Positions 12,601-26,671 of a DNA stretch of 64,000 nt are shown here, in pieces; the stretch's first letter is position 1; every line of letters starts with the position of its first letter. Source of the stretch: Auanema rhodensis. Taxonomy: Eukaryota > Animalia > Nematoda. The DNA lies in NCBI GenBank assembly GCA_964057225.1, contig OZ059898.1:19468001-19532000 (forward strand). The letters run 5' to 3'. The position numbers were made by a program, and so were the translations under genes. A model generated the notes under the pieces. That model did not search any database. It was not told where the DNA came from and saw nothing but the letters and a program-made list of their open reading frames with translations.

Positions 12601-15600
12601 GATTTTTAAGCTGCGTCGATCTGTGTTATCAGATTTGCGCTAGGTTAAAAATGCACCGAGACATCAACTGATATAAGTTCACACTTATATCCTCGATTTT
12701 CACCCTGAAGAAATAATTTTTTCGTTGAATAACATTGTCCATCGTCTTTGCCTTGAAAAAAGGAATCTAAAAACATCTACTTTTTGCTAAATTATTCTGA
12801 AATTTTTCGAAAAACTTTTTGTCAAAATGTTTTTGGAAGCAATGTTGAGTGTACATGGAAACTCAACATACACTAATGCATCATTTTTCAAACGATCATA
12901 ACTAATTTCTGTATTAAGCGTTTCTCAATGTAGTATAGTGCATTCGATGCGGATTTTTAAGCTGCGTCGATCTGTGTTATCAGATTTGCGCTAGCTTAAA
13001 AATGCACCGAGACATCAACTGATATAAGTTCACACTTATATCCTCGATTTTCACCCTGAAGAAATAATTTTTTCGTTGAATAACATTGTCCATCGTCTTT
13101 GCCTTGAAAAAAGGAATCTAAAAACATCTACTTTTTGCTAAATTATTTTGAAATTTTTCGAAAAAATTTTTGTCAAAATGTTTTTGGAAGCAATGTTGAG
13201 TGTACATGGAAACTCAACATACACTAATGCATCATTTTTCAAACGATCATAACTAATTTTTGTATTAAGCGTTTCTCAATGTAGTATAGTGCATTCGATG
13301 CGGATTTTTAAGCTGCGTCGATCTGTGTTATCAGATTTGCGCTAGCTTAAAAATGCACCGAGATATCAACTGATATAAGTTCACACTTATATCCTCAATT
13401 TTCACCCTGAAGAATTAATTTTTTCGTTGAATAACATTGTTCATCGTCTTTGCCTTGAAAAAAGGAATCTAAAAACATCTACTTTTTGCTAAATTATTTT
13501 GAAATTTTTCGAAAAAATTTTTGTCAAAATGTTTTTGGAAGCAATGTTGAGTGTACATGGAAACTCAACATACACTAATGCATCATTTTTCAAACGATCA
13601 TAACTAATTTTTGTATTGAGCGTTTCTCAATGTAGTAAAGTGCATTCGATGCGGATTTTTAAGCTGCGTCGATCTGTGTTATCAGATTTGCGCTAGCTTA
13701 AAAATGCACCGAGACATCAACTGATACAAGTTCACACTTATATCCTCGATTTTCACCCTGAAGAATTAATTTTTTCGTTGAATAACATTGTCCATCGTCT
13801 TTGCCTTGAAAAACGAAATCTAAAAACATCTACTTTTTGCTAAATTATTCTGAAATTTTTCGAAAAAATTTTTGTCAAAATGTTTTTGGAAGCAATGTTG
13901 AGTGTACATGGAAACTCAACATACACTAATGCATCATTTTTCAAACGATCATAACTAATTTTTGTATTAAGCGTTTTTCAATGTAGTATAGTGCTTTCGA
14001 TGCGGATTTTTAAGCTGCGTCGATCTGTGTTGTCAGATTTGCGCTAGCTTAAAAATGCACCGAGACATCAACTGATATAAGTTCACACTTATATCCTCGA
14101 TTTTCACCCTGAAGAAATAATTTTTTCGTTAAATAACATTGTCCATCGTCTTTGCCTTGAAAAAAAAATCTAAAAACATCTACTTTTTGCTAAATTATTT
14201 TGAAATTTTTCGAAAAAATTTTTGTCAAAATGTTTTTGGAAGCAATGTTGAGTGTACATGGAAACTCAACATACACTAATGCATCATTTTTCAAACAATC
14301 ATAACTAATTTTTGTATTAAGCGTTTCTCAATGTAGAATAGTGCATTCGATGCAGTTTTGTAAGCTGCGTCGATCTGTTTGATCAGATTTGGGCTAGCTT
14401 AAAAATGCACCGAGATATCAACTGATATAAGTTCACACTTATATCCTCGATTTTCACCCTGAAGAATTAATTTTTTCGTTGAATAACATTGTCCATCGTC
14501 TTTGCCTTGAAAAAAGGAATCTAAAAACATCTACTTTTTGCTAAATTATTCTGAAATTTTTCGAAAAAATTTTTGTCAAAATGTTTTTGGAAGCAATGTT
14601 GAGTGTACATGGAAACTCAACATACACTAATGCATCATTTTTCAAACGATCATAACTAATTTTTGTATTAAGCGTTTCTCAATGTAGTATAGTGCATTCG
14701 ATGCGGATTTTTAAGCTGCGTCGATCTGTGTTGTCAGATTTGCGCTAGCTTTAAAATGCACCGAGACATCAACTGATATAAGTTCACACTTATATCCTCG
14801 ATTTTCACCCTGAAGAAATAATTTTTTCGTTGAATAACATTGTCCATCGTCTTTGCCTTGAAAGAAGGAATCTAAAAACATCTACTTTTTGCTAAATTAT
14901 TCTGAAATTTTTCGAAAAAATTTTTGTCAAAATGTTTTTGGAAGCAATGTTGAGTGTACATGGAAACTCAACATACACTAATGCATCATTTTTCAAACGA
15001 TCATAACTAATTTTTGTATTAAGCGTTTCTCAATGTAGTATAGTGCATTCGATGCGGATTTTTAAGCTGCGTCGATCTGTGTTATCAGATTTGCGCTAGC
15101 TTAAAAATGCACCGAGATATCAACTGATATAAGTTCACACTTATATCCTCGATTTTCACCCTGAAGAATTAATTTTTTCGTTGAATAACATTGTCCATCG
15201 TCTTTGCCTTGAAAAAAAAAATCTAAAAACATCTACTTTTTGCTAAATTATTTTGAAATTTTTCGAAAAAATTTTTGTCAAAATGTTTTTGGAAGCAATG
15301 TTGAGTGTACATGGAAACTCAACATACACTAATGCATCATTTTTCAAACGATCATAACTAATTTTTGTATTAAGCGTTTCTCAATGTAGTATAGTGCATT
15401 CGATGCAGTTTTGTAAGCTGCGTCGATCTGTTTGATCAGATTTGGGCTAGCTTAAAAATGCACCGAGATATCAACTGATATAAGTTCACACTTATATCCT
15501 CGATTTTCACCCTGAAGAATTAATTTTTTCGTTGAATAACATTGTCCATCGTCTTTGCCTTGAAAAAAGGAATCTAAAAACATCTACTTTTTGCTAAATT

Positions 15601-18598
15601 ATTCTGAAATTTTTCGAAAAAATTTTTGTCAAAATGTTTTTGGAAGCAATGTTGAGTGTACATGGAAACTCAACATACACTAATGCATCATTTTTCAAAC
15701 GATCATAACTAATTTTTGTATTAAGCGTTTCTCAATGTAGTATAGTGCATTCGATGCGGATTTTTAAGCTGCGTCGATCTGTGTTGTCAGATTTGCGCTA
15801 GCTTTAAAATGCACCGAGACATCAACTGATATAAGTTCACACTTATATCCTCGATTTTCACCCTGAAGAAATAATTTTTTCGTTGAATAACATTGTCCAT
15901 CGTCTTTGCCTTGAAAGAAGGAATCTAAAAACATCTACTTTTTGCTAAATTATTCTGAAATTTTTCGAAAAAATTTTTGTCAAAATGTTTTTGGAAGCAA
16001 TGTTGAGTGTACATGGAAACTCAACATACACTAATGCATCATTTTTCAAACGATCATAACTAATTTTTGTATTAAGCGTTTCTCAATGTAGTATAGTGCA
16101 TTCGATGCGGATTTTTAAGCTGCGTCGATCTGTGTTATCAGATTTGCGCTAGCTTAAAAATGCACCGAGATATCAACTGATATAAGTTCACACTTATATC
16201 CTCGATTTTCACCCTGAAGAATTAATTTTTTCGTTGAATAACATTGTCCATCGTCTTTGCCTTGAAAAAAAAAATCTAAAAACATCTACTTTTTGCTAAA
16301 TTATTTTGAAATTTTTCGAAAAAATTTTTGTCAAAATGTTTTTGGAAGCAATGTTGAGTGTACATGGAAACTCAACATACACTAATGCATCATTTTTCAA
16401 ACGATCATAACTAATTTTTGTATTAAGCGTTTCTCAATGTAGTATAGTGCATTCGATGCGGATTTTTAAGCTGCGTCGATCTGTGTTGTCAGATTTGCGC
16501 TAGCTTAAAAATGCACCGAGACATCAACTGATATAAGTTCACACTTATATCCTCGATTTTCACCCTGAAGAATTTATTTTTTCGTTGAATAACATTGTCC
16601 ATCGTCTTTGCCTTGAAAAAAGGAATCTAAAAACATCTACTTTTTGCTAAATTATTCTGAAATTTTTCGAAAAACTTTTTGTCAAAATGTTTTTGGAAGC
16701 AATGTTGAGTGTACATGGAAACTCAACATACACTAATGCATCATTTTTCAAACGATCATAACTAATTTCTGTATTAAGCGTTTCTCAATGTAGTATAGTG
16801 CATTCGATGCGGATTTTTAAGCTGCGTCGATCTGTGTTATCAGATTTGCGCTAGCTTAAAAATGCACCGAGACATCAACTGATATAAGTTCACACTTATA
16901 TCCTCGATTTTCACCCTGAAGAAATAATTTTTTCGTTGAATAACATTGTCCATCGTCTTTGCCTTGAAAAAAGGAATCTAAAAACATCTACTTTTTGCTA
17001 AATTATTTTGAAATTTTTCGAAAAAATTTTTGTCAAAATGTTTTTGGAAGCAATGTTGAGTGTACATGGAAACTCAACATACACTAATGCATCATTTTTC
17101 AAACGATCATAACTAATTTTTGTATTAAGCGTTTCTCAATGTAGTATAGTGCATTCGATGCGGATTTTTAAGCTGCGTCGATCTGTGTTATCAGATTTGC
17201 GCTAGCTTAAAAATGCACCGAGATATCAACTGATATAAGTTCACACTTATATCCTCAATTTTCACCCTGAAGAATTAATTTTTTCGTTGAATAACATTGT
17301 TCATCGTCTTTGCCTTGAAAAAAGGAATCTAAAAACATCTACTTTTTGCTAAATTATTTTGAAATTTTTCGAAAAAATTTTTGTCAAAATGTTTTTGGAA
17401 GCAATGTTGAGTGTACATGGAAACTCAACATACACTAATGCATCATTTTTCAAACGATCATAACTTATTTTTGTATTAAGCGTTTCTCAATGTAGTAAAG
17501 TGCATTCGATGCGGATTTTTAAGCTGCGTCGATCTGTGTTATCAGATTTGCGCTAGCTTAAAAATGCACCGAGACATCAACTGATACAAGTTCACACTTA
17601 TATCCTCCATTTTCACCCTGAAGAATTTATTTTTTCGTTGAATAACATCGTCCATCGTCTTTGCCTTGAAAGAAGGAATCTAAAAACATCTACTTTTTGC
17701 TAAATTATTCTGAAATTTTTCGAAAAAATTTTTGTCAAAATGTTTTTGGAAGCAATGTTGAGTGTACATGGAAACTCAACATACACTAATGCATCATTTT
17801 TCAAACGATCATAACTAATTTCTGTATTAAGCGTTTTTCAATGTAGTATAGTGCTTTCGATGCGGATTTTTAAGCTGCGTCGATCTGTGTTGTCAGATTT
17901 GCGCTAGCTTAAAAATGCACCGAGACATCAACTGATATAAGTTCACACTTATATCCTCGATTTTCACCCTGAAGAAATAATTTTTTCGTTAAATAACATT
18001 GTCCATCGTCTTTGCCTTGAAAAAAAAATCTAAAAACATCTACTTTTTGCTAAATTATTTTGAAATTTTTCGAAAAAATTTTTGTCAAAATGTTTTTGGA
18101 AGCAATGTTGAGTGTACATGGAAACTCAACATACACTAATGCATCATTTTTCAAACAATCATAACTAATTTTTGTATTAAGCGTTTCTCAATGTAGAATA
18201 GTGCATTCGATGCAGTTTTGTAAGCTGCGTCGATCTGTTTGATCAGATTTGGGCTAGCTTAAAAATGCACCGAGATATCAACTGATATAAGTTCACACTT
18301 ATATCCTCGATTTTCACCCTGAAGAAATAATTTTTTCGTTGAATAACATTGTCCATCGTCTTTGCCTTGAAAAAAGGAATCTAAAAACATCTACTTTTTG
18401 CTAAATTATTCTGAAATTTTTCGAAAAAATTTTTGTCAAAATGTTTTTGGAAGCAATGTTGAGTGTACATGGAAACTCAACATACACTAATGCATCATTT
18501 TTCAAACGATCATAACTAATTTTTGTATTAAGCGTTTCTCAATGTAGTATAGTGCATTCGATGCGGATTTTTAAGCTGCGTCGATCTGTGTTATCAGA
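6319..18598. repeat. Higher-order repeat domain built on an 8-monomer unit, with 4-, 7-, 9- and 11-mer derivatives
   Basis: The 350-bp marker monomer starts at 7021, 8424, 10880, 14038 and 17898, and the order of neighbouring variant monomers is conserved. Confidence 0.8.
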
Positions 18599-20002
18599 TT
18601 TGCGCTAGCTTAAAAATGCACCGAGATATCAACTGATATAAGTTCACACTTATATCCTCGATTTTCACCCTGAAGAATTAATTTTTTCGTTGAATAACAT
18701 TGTCCATCGTCTTTGCCTTGAAAAACGAAATCTGAAAACTTCTACTTTTTGCTAAATTATTTTGAAATTTTTCGAAAAAATTTTTGTCAAAATGTTTTTG
18801 GAAGCAATGTTGAGTGTACATGGAAACTCAACATACACTAATGCATCATTTTTCAAACGATCACAACTAATTTTTGTATAAAGCGTTTCTCAATGTAGTA
18901 TAGTGCATTCGATGCAGATTTGTAAGCTGCGTCGATCTGTGTTATCAGATTTGCGCTAGCTTAAAAATGCACCGAGATATCAACTGATATAAGTTCACAC
19001 TTATATCCTCGATTTTCACCCTGAAGAATTAATTTTTTCGTTGATTAACATTAGCCATCGTCTTTGCCTTATAAAAAGAAATCTAAAAACATTTACTTTT
19101 TGCTAAATTATTTTGAAATTTTTCGAAAAAATTTTTGTCAAAATGTTTTTGGAAGCAATGTTGAGTGTACATGGAAACTCAACATACACTAATGCATCAT
19201 TTTTCAAACGATCATAACTAATTTTTGTATTAAGCGTTTCTCAATGTAGTATAGTGCATTCGATGCGGATTTTTAAGCTGCGTCGATCTGTGTTGTCAGA
19301 TTTGCGCTAGCTTAAAAATGCACCGAGACATCAACTGATATAAGTTCACACTTATATCCTCGATTTTCACCCTGAAGAATTTATTTTTTCGTTGAATAAC
19401 ATTGTCCATCGTTTTTGCCTTGAAAAACGAAATCTAAAAACATTTACTTTTTGCTAAATTATTTTGAAATTTTTCGAAAAAATTTTTGTCAAAATGTTTT
19501 TGGAAGCAATGTTGAGTGTACATGGAAACTCAACATACACTATTGCATCATTTTTCAAACGATCATAACTAATTTTTGTAGTAAGCGTTTCTCAATGTAG
19601 TATAGTGCATTCGATGCGGATTTTTAAGCTGCGTCGATCTGTGTTATCAGATTTGCGCTAGCTTAAAAATGCACCGAGACATCAACTGATATAAGTTCAC
19701 ACTTATATCCTCGATTTTCACCCTGAAGAATTAATTTTTTCGTTGAATAACGTTGTCCATCGTCTTTGCCTTGAAAAAAGGAATCTAAAAACATCTACTT
19801 TTTGCTAAATTATTTCGAAATTTTTCGAAAAAATTTTTGTCAAAATGTTTTTGGAAGCAATGTTGAGTGTACATGGAAACTCAACATACACTAATGCATC
19901 ATTTTTCAAACGATCATAACTAATTTTTGTATTAAGCGTTTTTCAATGTAGTAAAGTGCATTCGATGCGGATTTTTGAGCTGCGTCGATCTGTGTTATCA
20001 GA

Positions 20003-23000
20003 TTTGCGCTAGCTTAAAAATGCACCGAGACATCAACTGATATAAGTTCACACTTATATCCTCGATTTTCACCCTGAAGAATTTATTTTTTCGTTGAATA
20101 ACATTGTCCATCGTCTTTGCCTTGAAAAAAGGAATCTAAAAACATCTACTTTTTGCTAAATTATTCTGAAATTTTTCGAAAAAATTTTTGTCAAAATGTT
20201 TTTGGAAGCAATGTTGAGTGTACATGGAAACTCAACATACACTAATGCATCATTTTTCAAACGATCATAACTAATTTCTGTATTAAACGTTTCTCAATGT
20301 AGTATAGTGCATTCGATGCGGATTTTTAAGCTGCGTCGATCTGTGTTATCAGATTTGCGCTAGCTTAAAAATGCACCGAGACATCAACTGATATAAGTTC
20401 ACACTTATATCCTCGATTTTCACCCTGAAGAATTAATTTTTTCGTTGAATAACATTGTCCATCGTCTTTGCCTTGAAAAACGAAATCTGAAAACTTCTAC
20501 TTTTTGCTAAATTATTTTGAAATTTTTCGAAAAAATTTTTGTCAAAATGTTTTTGGAAGCAATGTTGAGTGTACATGGAAACTCAACATACACTAATGCA
20601 TCATTTTTCAAACGATCACAACTAATTTTTGTATAAAGCGTTTCTCAATGTAGTATAGTGCATTCGATGCAGATTTGTAAGCTGCGTCGATCTGTGTTAT
20701 CAGATTTGCGCTAGCTTAAAAATGCACCGAGATATCAACTGATATAAGTTCACACTTATATCCTCGATTTTCACCCTGAAGAATTAATTTTTTCGTTGAT
20801 TAACATTAGCCATCGTCTTTGCCTTATAAAAAGAAATCTAAAAACATTTACTTTTTGCTAAATTATTTTGAAATTTTTCGAAAAAATTTTTGTCAAAATG
20901 TTTTTGGAAGCAATGTTGAGTGTACATGGAAACTCAACATACACTAATGCATCATTTTTCAAACGATCATAACTAATTTTTGTATTAAGCGTTTCTCAAT
21001 GTAGTATAGTGCATTCGATGCGGATTTTTAAGCTGCGTCGATCTGTGTTGTCAGATTTGCGCTAGCTTAAAAATGCACCGAGACATCAACTGATATAAGT
21101 TCACACTTATATCCTCGATTTTCACCCTGAAGAAATAATTTTTTCGTTGAATAACATTGTCCATCGTCTTTGCCTTGAAAGAAGGAATCTAAAAACATCT
21201 ACTTTTTGCTAAATTATTCTGAAATTTTTCGAAAAAATTTTTGTCAAAATGTTTTTGGAAGCAATGTTGAGTGTACATGGAAACTCAACATACACTAATG
21301 CATCATTTTTCAAACGATCATAACTAATTTCTGTATTAAGCGTTTCTCAATGTAGTATAGTGCATTCGATGCGGATTTTTAAGCTGCGTCGATCTGTGTT
21401 GTCAGATTTGCGTTAGCTTAAAAATGCACCGAGACATCAACTGATACAAGTTCACACTTATATCCTCGATTTTCACCCTGAAGAATTAATTTTTTCGTTG
21501 AATAACATTGTCCATCGTCTTTGCCTTGAAAAAAGGAATCTAAAAACATTTACTTTTTGCTAAATTATTTTGAAATTTTTCGAAAAAATTTTTGTCAAAA
21601 TGTTTTTGGAAGCAATGTTGAGTGTACATGGAAACTCAACATACACTATTGCATCATTTTTCAAACGATCATAACTAATTTTTGTATTAAGCGTTTCTCA
21701 ATGTAGTATAGTGCATTCCATGCGGATTTTTAAGCTGCGTCGATCTGTGTTATCAGATTTGCGCTAGCTTAAAAATGCACCGAGACATCAACTGATATAA
21801 GTTCACACTTATATCCTTGATTTTCACCCTGAAGAAATAATTTTTTCGTTGAATAACATTGTCCATCGTCTTTGCCTTGAAAGAAGGAATCTAAAAACAT
21901 CTACTTTTTGCTAAATTATTCTGAAATTTTTCGAAAAAATTTTTGTCAAAATGTTTTTGGAAGCAATGTTGAGTGTACATGGAAACTCAACATACACTAA
22001 TGCATCATTTTTCAAACGATCATAACTAATTTTTGTATTAAGCGTTTTTCAATGTAGTAAAGTGCATTCGATGCGGATTTTTGAGCTGCGTCGATCTGTG
22101 TTATCAGATTTGCGCTAGCTTAAAAATGCACCGAGACATCAACTGATATAAGTTCACACTTATATCCTCGATTTTCACCCTGAAGAATTTATTTTTTCGT
22201 TGAATAACATTGTCCATCGTCTTTGCCTTGAAAAAAGGAATCTAAAAACATCTACTTTTTGCTAAATTATTCTGAAATTTTTCGAAAAAATTTTTGTCAA
22301 AATGTTTTTGGAAGCAATGTTGAGTGTACATGGAAACTCAACATACACTAATGCATCATTTTTCAAACGATCATAACTAATTTCTGTATTAAACGTTTCT
22401 CAATGTAGTATAGTGCATTCGATGCGGATTTTTAAGCTGCGTCGATCTGTGTTATCAGATTTGCGCTAGCTTAAAAATGCACCGAGACATCAACTGATAT
22501 AAGTTCACACTTATATCCTCGATTTTCACCCTGAAGAATTAATTTTTTCGTTGAATAACATTGTCCATCGTCTTTGCCTTGAAAAACGAAATCTGAAAAC
22601 TTCTACTTTTTGCTAAATTATTTTGAAATTTTTCGAAAAAATTTTTGTCAAAATGTTTTTGGAAGCAATGTTGAGTGTACATGGAAACTCAACATACACT
22701 AATGCATCATTTTTCAAACGATCACAACTAATTTTTGTATAAAGCGTTTCTCAATGTAGTATAGTGCATTCGATGCAGATTTGTAAGCTGCGTCGATCTG
22801 TGTTATCAGATTTGCGCTAGCTTAAAAATGCACCGAGATATCAACTGATATAAGTTCACACTTATATCCTCGATTTTCACCCTGAAGAATTAATTTTTTC
22901 GTTGATTAACATTAGCCATCGTCTTTGCCTTATAAAAAGAAATCTAAAAACATTTACTTTTTGCTAAATTATTTTGAAATTTTTCGAAAAAATTTTTGTC

Positions 23001-26000
23001 AAAATGTTTTTGGAAGCAATGTTGAGTGTACATGGAAACTCAACATACACTAATGCATCATTTTTCAAACGATCATAACTAATTTTTGTATTAAGCGTTT
23101 CTCAATGTAGTATAGTGCATTCGATGCGGATTTTTAAGCTGCGTCGATCTGTGTTGTCAGATTTGCGCTAGCTTAAAAATGCACCGAGACATCAACTGAT
23201 ATAAGTTCACACTTATATCCTCGATTTTCACCCTGAAGAAATAATTTTTTCGTTGAATAACATTGTCCATCGTCTTTGCCTTGAAAGAAGGAATCTAAAA
23301 ACATCTACTTTTTGCTAAATTATTCTGAAATTTTTCGAAAAAATTTTTGTCAAAATGTTTTTGGAAGCAATGTTGAGTGTACATGGAAACTCAACATACA
23401 CTAATGCATCATTTTTCAAACGATCATAACTAATTTCTGTATTAAGCGTTTCTCAATGTAGTATAGTGCATTCGATGCGGATTTTTAAGCTGCGTCGATC
23501 TGTGTTGTCAGATTTGCGTTAGCTTAAAAATGCACCGAGACATCAACTGATACAAGTTCACACTTATATCCTCGATTTTCACCCTGAAGAATTAATTTTT
23601 TCGTTGAATAACATTGTCCATCGTCTTTGCCTTGAAAAAAGGAATCTAAAAACATTTACTTTTTGCTAAATTATTTTGAAATTTTTCGAAAAAATTTTTG
23701 TCAAAATGTTTTTGGAAGCAATGTTGAGTGTACATGGAAACTCAACATACACTATTGCATCATTTTTCAAACGATCATAACTAATTTTTGTATTAAGCGT
23801 TTCTCAATGTAGTATAGTGCATTCCATGCGGATTTTTAAGCTGCGTCGATCTGTGTTATCAGATTTGCGCTAGCTTAAAAATGCACCGAGACATCAACTG
23901 ATATAAGTTCACACTTATATCCTTGATTTTCACCCTGAAGAAATAATTTTTTCGTTGAATAACATTGTCCATCGTCTTTGCCTTGAAAGAAGGAATCTAA
24001 AAACATCTACTTTTTGCTAAATTATTCTGAAATTTTTCGAAAAAATTTTTGTCAAAATGTTTTTGGAAGCAATGTTGAGTGTACATGGAAACTCAACATA
24101 CACTAATGCATCATTTTTCAAACGATCATAACTAATTTCTGTATTAAGCGTTTCTCAATGTAGTATAGTGCATTCGATGCGGATTTTTAAGCTGCGTCGA
24201 TCTGTGTTGTCAGATTTGCGTTAGCTTAAAAATGCACCGAGACATCAACTGATACAAGTTCACACTTATATCCTCGATTTTCACCCTGAAGAATTAATTT
24301 TTTCGTTGAATAACATTGTCCATCGTCTTTGCCTTGAAAAACGAAATCTGAAAACTTCTACTTTTTGCTAAATTATTTCGAAATTTTTCGAAAAAATTTT
24401 TGTCAAAATGTTTTTGGAAGCAATGTTGAGTGTACATGGAAACTCAACATACACTAATGCATCATTTTTCAAACGATCATAACTAATTTTTGTATTAAGC
24501 GTTTTTCAATGTAGTAAAGTGCATTCGATGCGGATTTTTGAGCTGCGTCGATCTGTGTTATCAGATTTGCGCTAGCTTAAAAATGCACCGAGACATCAAC
24601 TGATATAAGTTCACACTTATATCCTCGATTTTCACCCTGAAGAATTTATTTTTTCGTTGAATAACATTGTCCATCGTCTTTGCCTTGAAAAAAGGAATCT
24701 AAAAACATCTACTTTTTGCTAAATTATTCTGAAATTTTTCGAAAAAATTTTTGTCAAAATGTTTTTGGAAGCAATGTTGAGTGTACATGGAAACTCAACA
24801 TACACTAATGCATCATTTTTCAAACGATCATAACTAATTTCTGTATTAAACGTTTCTCAATGTAGTATAGTGCATTCGATGCGGATTTTTAAGCTGCGTC
24901 GATCTGTGTTATCAGATTTGCGCTAGCTTAAAAATGCACCGAGACATCAACTGATATAAGTTCACACTTATATCCTCGATTTTCACCCTGAAGAATAAAT
25001 TTTTTCGTTGAATAACATTGTCCATCGTCTTTGCCTTGAAAAACGAAATCTGAAAACTTCTACTTTTTGCTAAATTATTTTGAAATTTTTCGAAAAAATT
25101 TTTGTCAAAATGTTTTTGGAAGCAATGTTGAGTGTACATGGAAACTCAACATACACTAATGCATCATTTTTCAAACGATCACAACTAATTTTTGTATAAA
25201 GCGTTTCTCAATGTAGTATAGTGCATTCGATGCAGATTTGTAAGCTGCGTCGATCTGTGTTATCAGATTTGCGCTAGCTTAAAAATGCACCGAGATATCA
25301 ACTGATATAAGTTCACACTTATATCCTCGATTTTCACCCTGAAGAATTAATTTTTTCGTTGATTAACATTAGCCATCGTCTTTGCCTTATAAAAAGAAAT
25401 CTAAAAACATTTACTTTTTGCTAAATTATTTTGAAATTTTTCGAAAAAATTTTTGTCAAAATGTTTTTGGAAGCAATGTTGAGTGTACATGGAAACTCAA
25501 CATACACTAATGCATCATTTTTCAAACGATCATAACTAATTTTTGTATTAAGCGTTTCTCAATGTAGTATAGTGCATTCGATGCGGATTTTTAAGCTGCG
25601 TCGATCTGTGTTGTCAGATTTGCGCTAGCTTAAAAATGCACCGAGACATCAACTGATATAAGTTCACACTTATATCCTCGATTTTCACCCTGAAGAAATA
25701 ATTTTTTCGTTGAATAACATTGTCCATCGTCTTTGCCTTGAAAGAAGGAATCTAAAAACATCTACTTTTTGCTAAATTATTCTGAAATTTTTCGAAAAAA
25801 TTTTTGTCAAAATGTTTTTGGAAGCAATGTTGAGTGTACATGGAAACTCAACATACACTAATGCATCATTTTTCAAACGATCATAACTAATTTCTGTATT
25901 AAGCGTTTCTCAATGTAGTATAGTGCATTCGATGCGGATTTTTAAGCTGCGTCGATCTGTGTTGTCAGATTTGCGTTAGCTTAAAAATGCACCGAGACAT

Positions 26001-26671
26001 CAACTGATACAAGTTCACACTTATATCCTCGATTTTCACCCTGAAGAATTAATTTTTTCGTTGAATAACATTGTCCATCGTCTTTGCCTTGAAAAAAGGA
26101 ATCTAAAAACATTTACTTTTTGCTAAATTATTTTGAAATTTTTCGAAAAAATTTTTGTCAAAATGTTTTTGGAAGCAATGTTGAGTGTACATGGAAACTC
26201 AACATACACTATTGCATCATTTTTCAAACGATCATAACTAATTTTTGTATTAAGCGTTTCTCAATGTAGTATAGTGCATTCCATGCGGATTTTTAAGCTG
26301 CGTCGATCTGTGTTATCAGATTTGCGCTAGCTTAAAAATGCACCGAGACATCAACTGATATAAGTTCACACTTATATCCTTGATTTTCACCCTGAAGAAA
26401 TAATTTTTTCGTTGAATAACATTGTCCATCGTCTTTGCCTTGAAAGAAGGAATCTAAAAACATCTACTTTTTGCTAAATTATTCTGAAATTTTTCGAAAA
26501 AATTTTTGTCAAAATGTTTTTGGAAGCAATGTTGAGTGTACATGGAAACTCAACATACACTAATGCATCATTTTTCAAACGATCATAACTAATTTCTGTA
26601 TTAAGCGTTTCTCAATGTAGTATAGTGCATTCGATGCGGATTTTTAAGCTGCGTCGATCTGTGTTATCAGA
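20003..26671. repeat. Higher-order repeat: three copies of a 6-mer (spacing 6 then 7 monomers)
   Basis: The GTTGATTAACATTAGCC marker is in the units at 20705, 22811 and 25268 (also 18950). The CATTCCATGC marker is in the units at 21407, 23513 and 25970. Confidence 0.85.
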
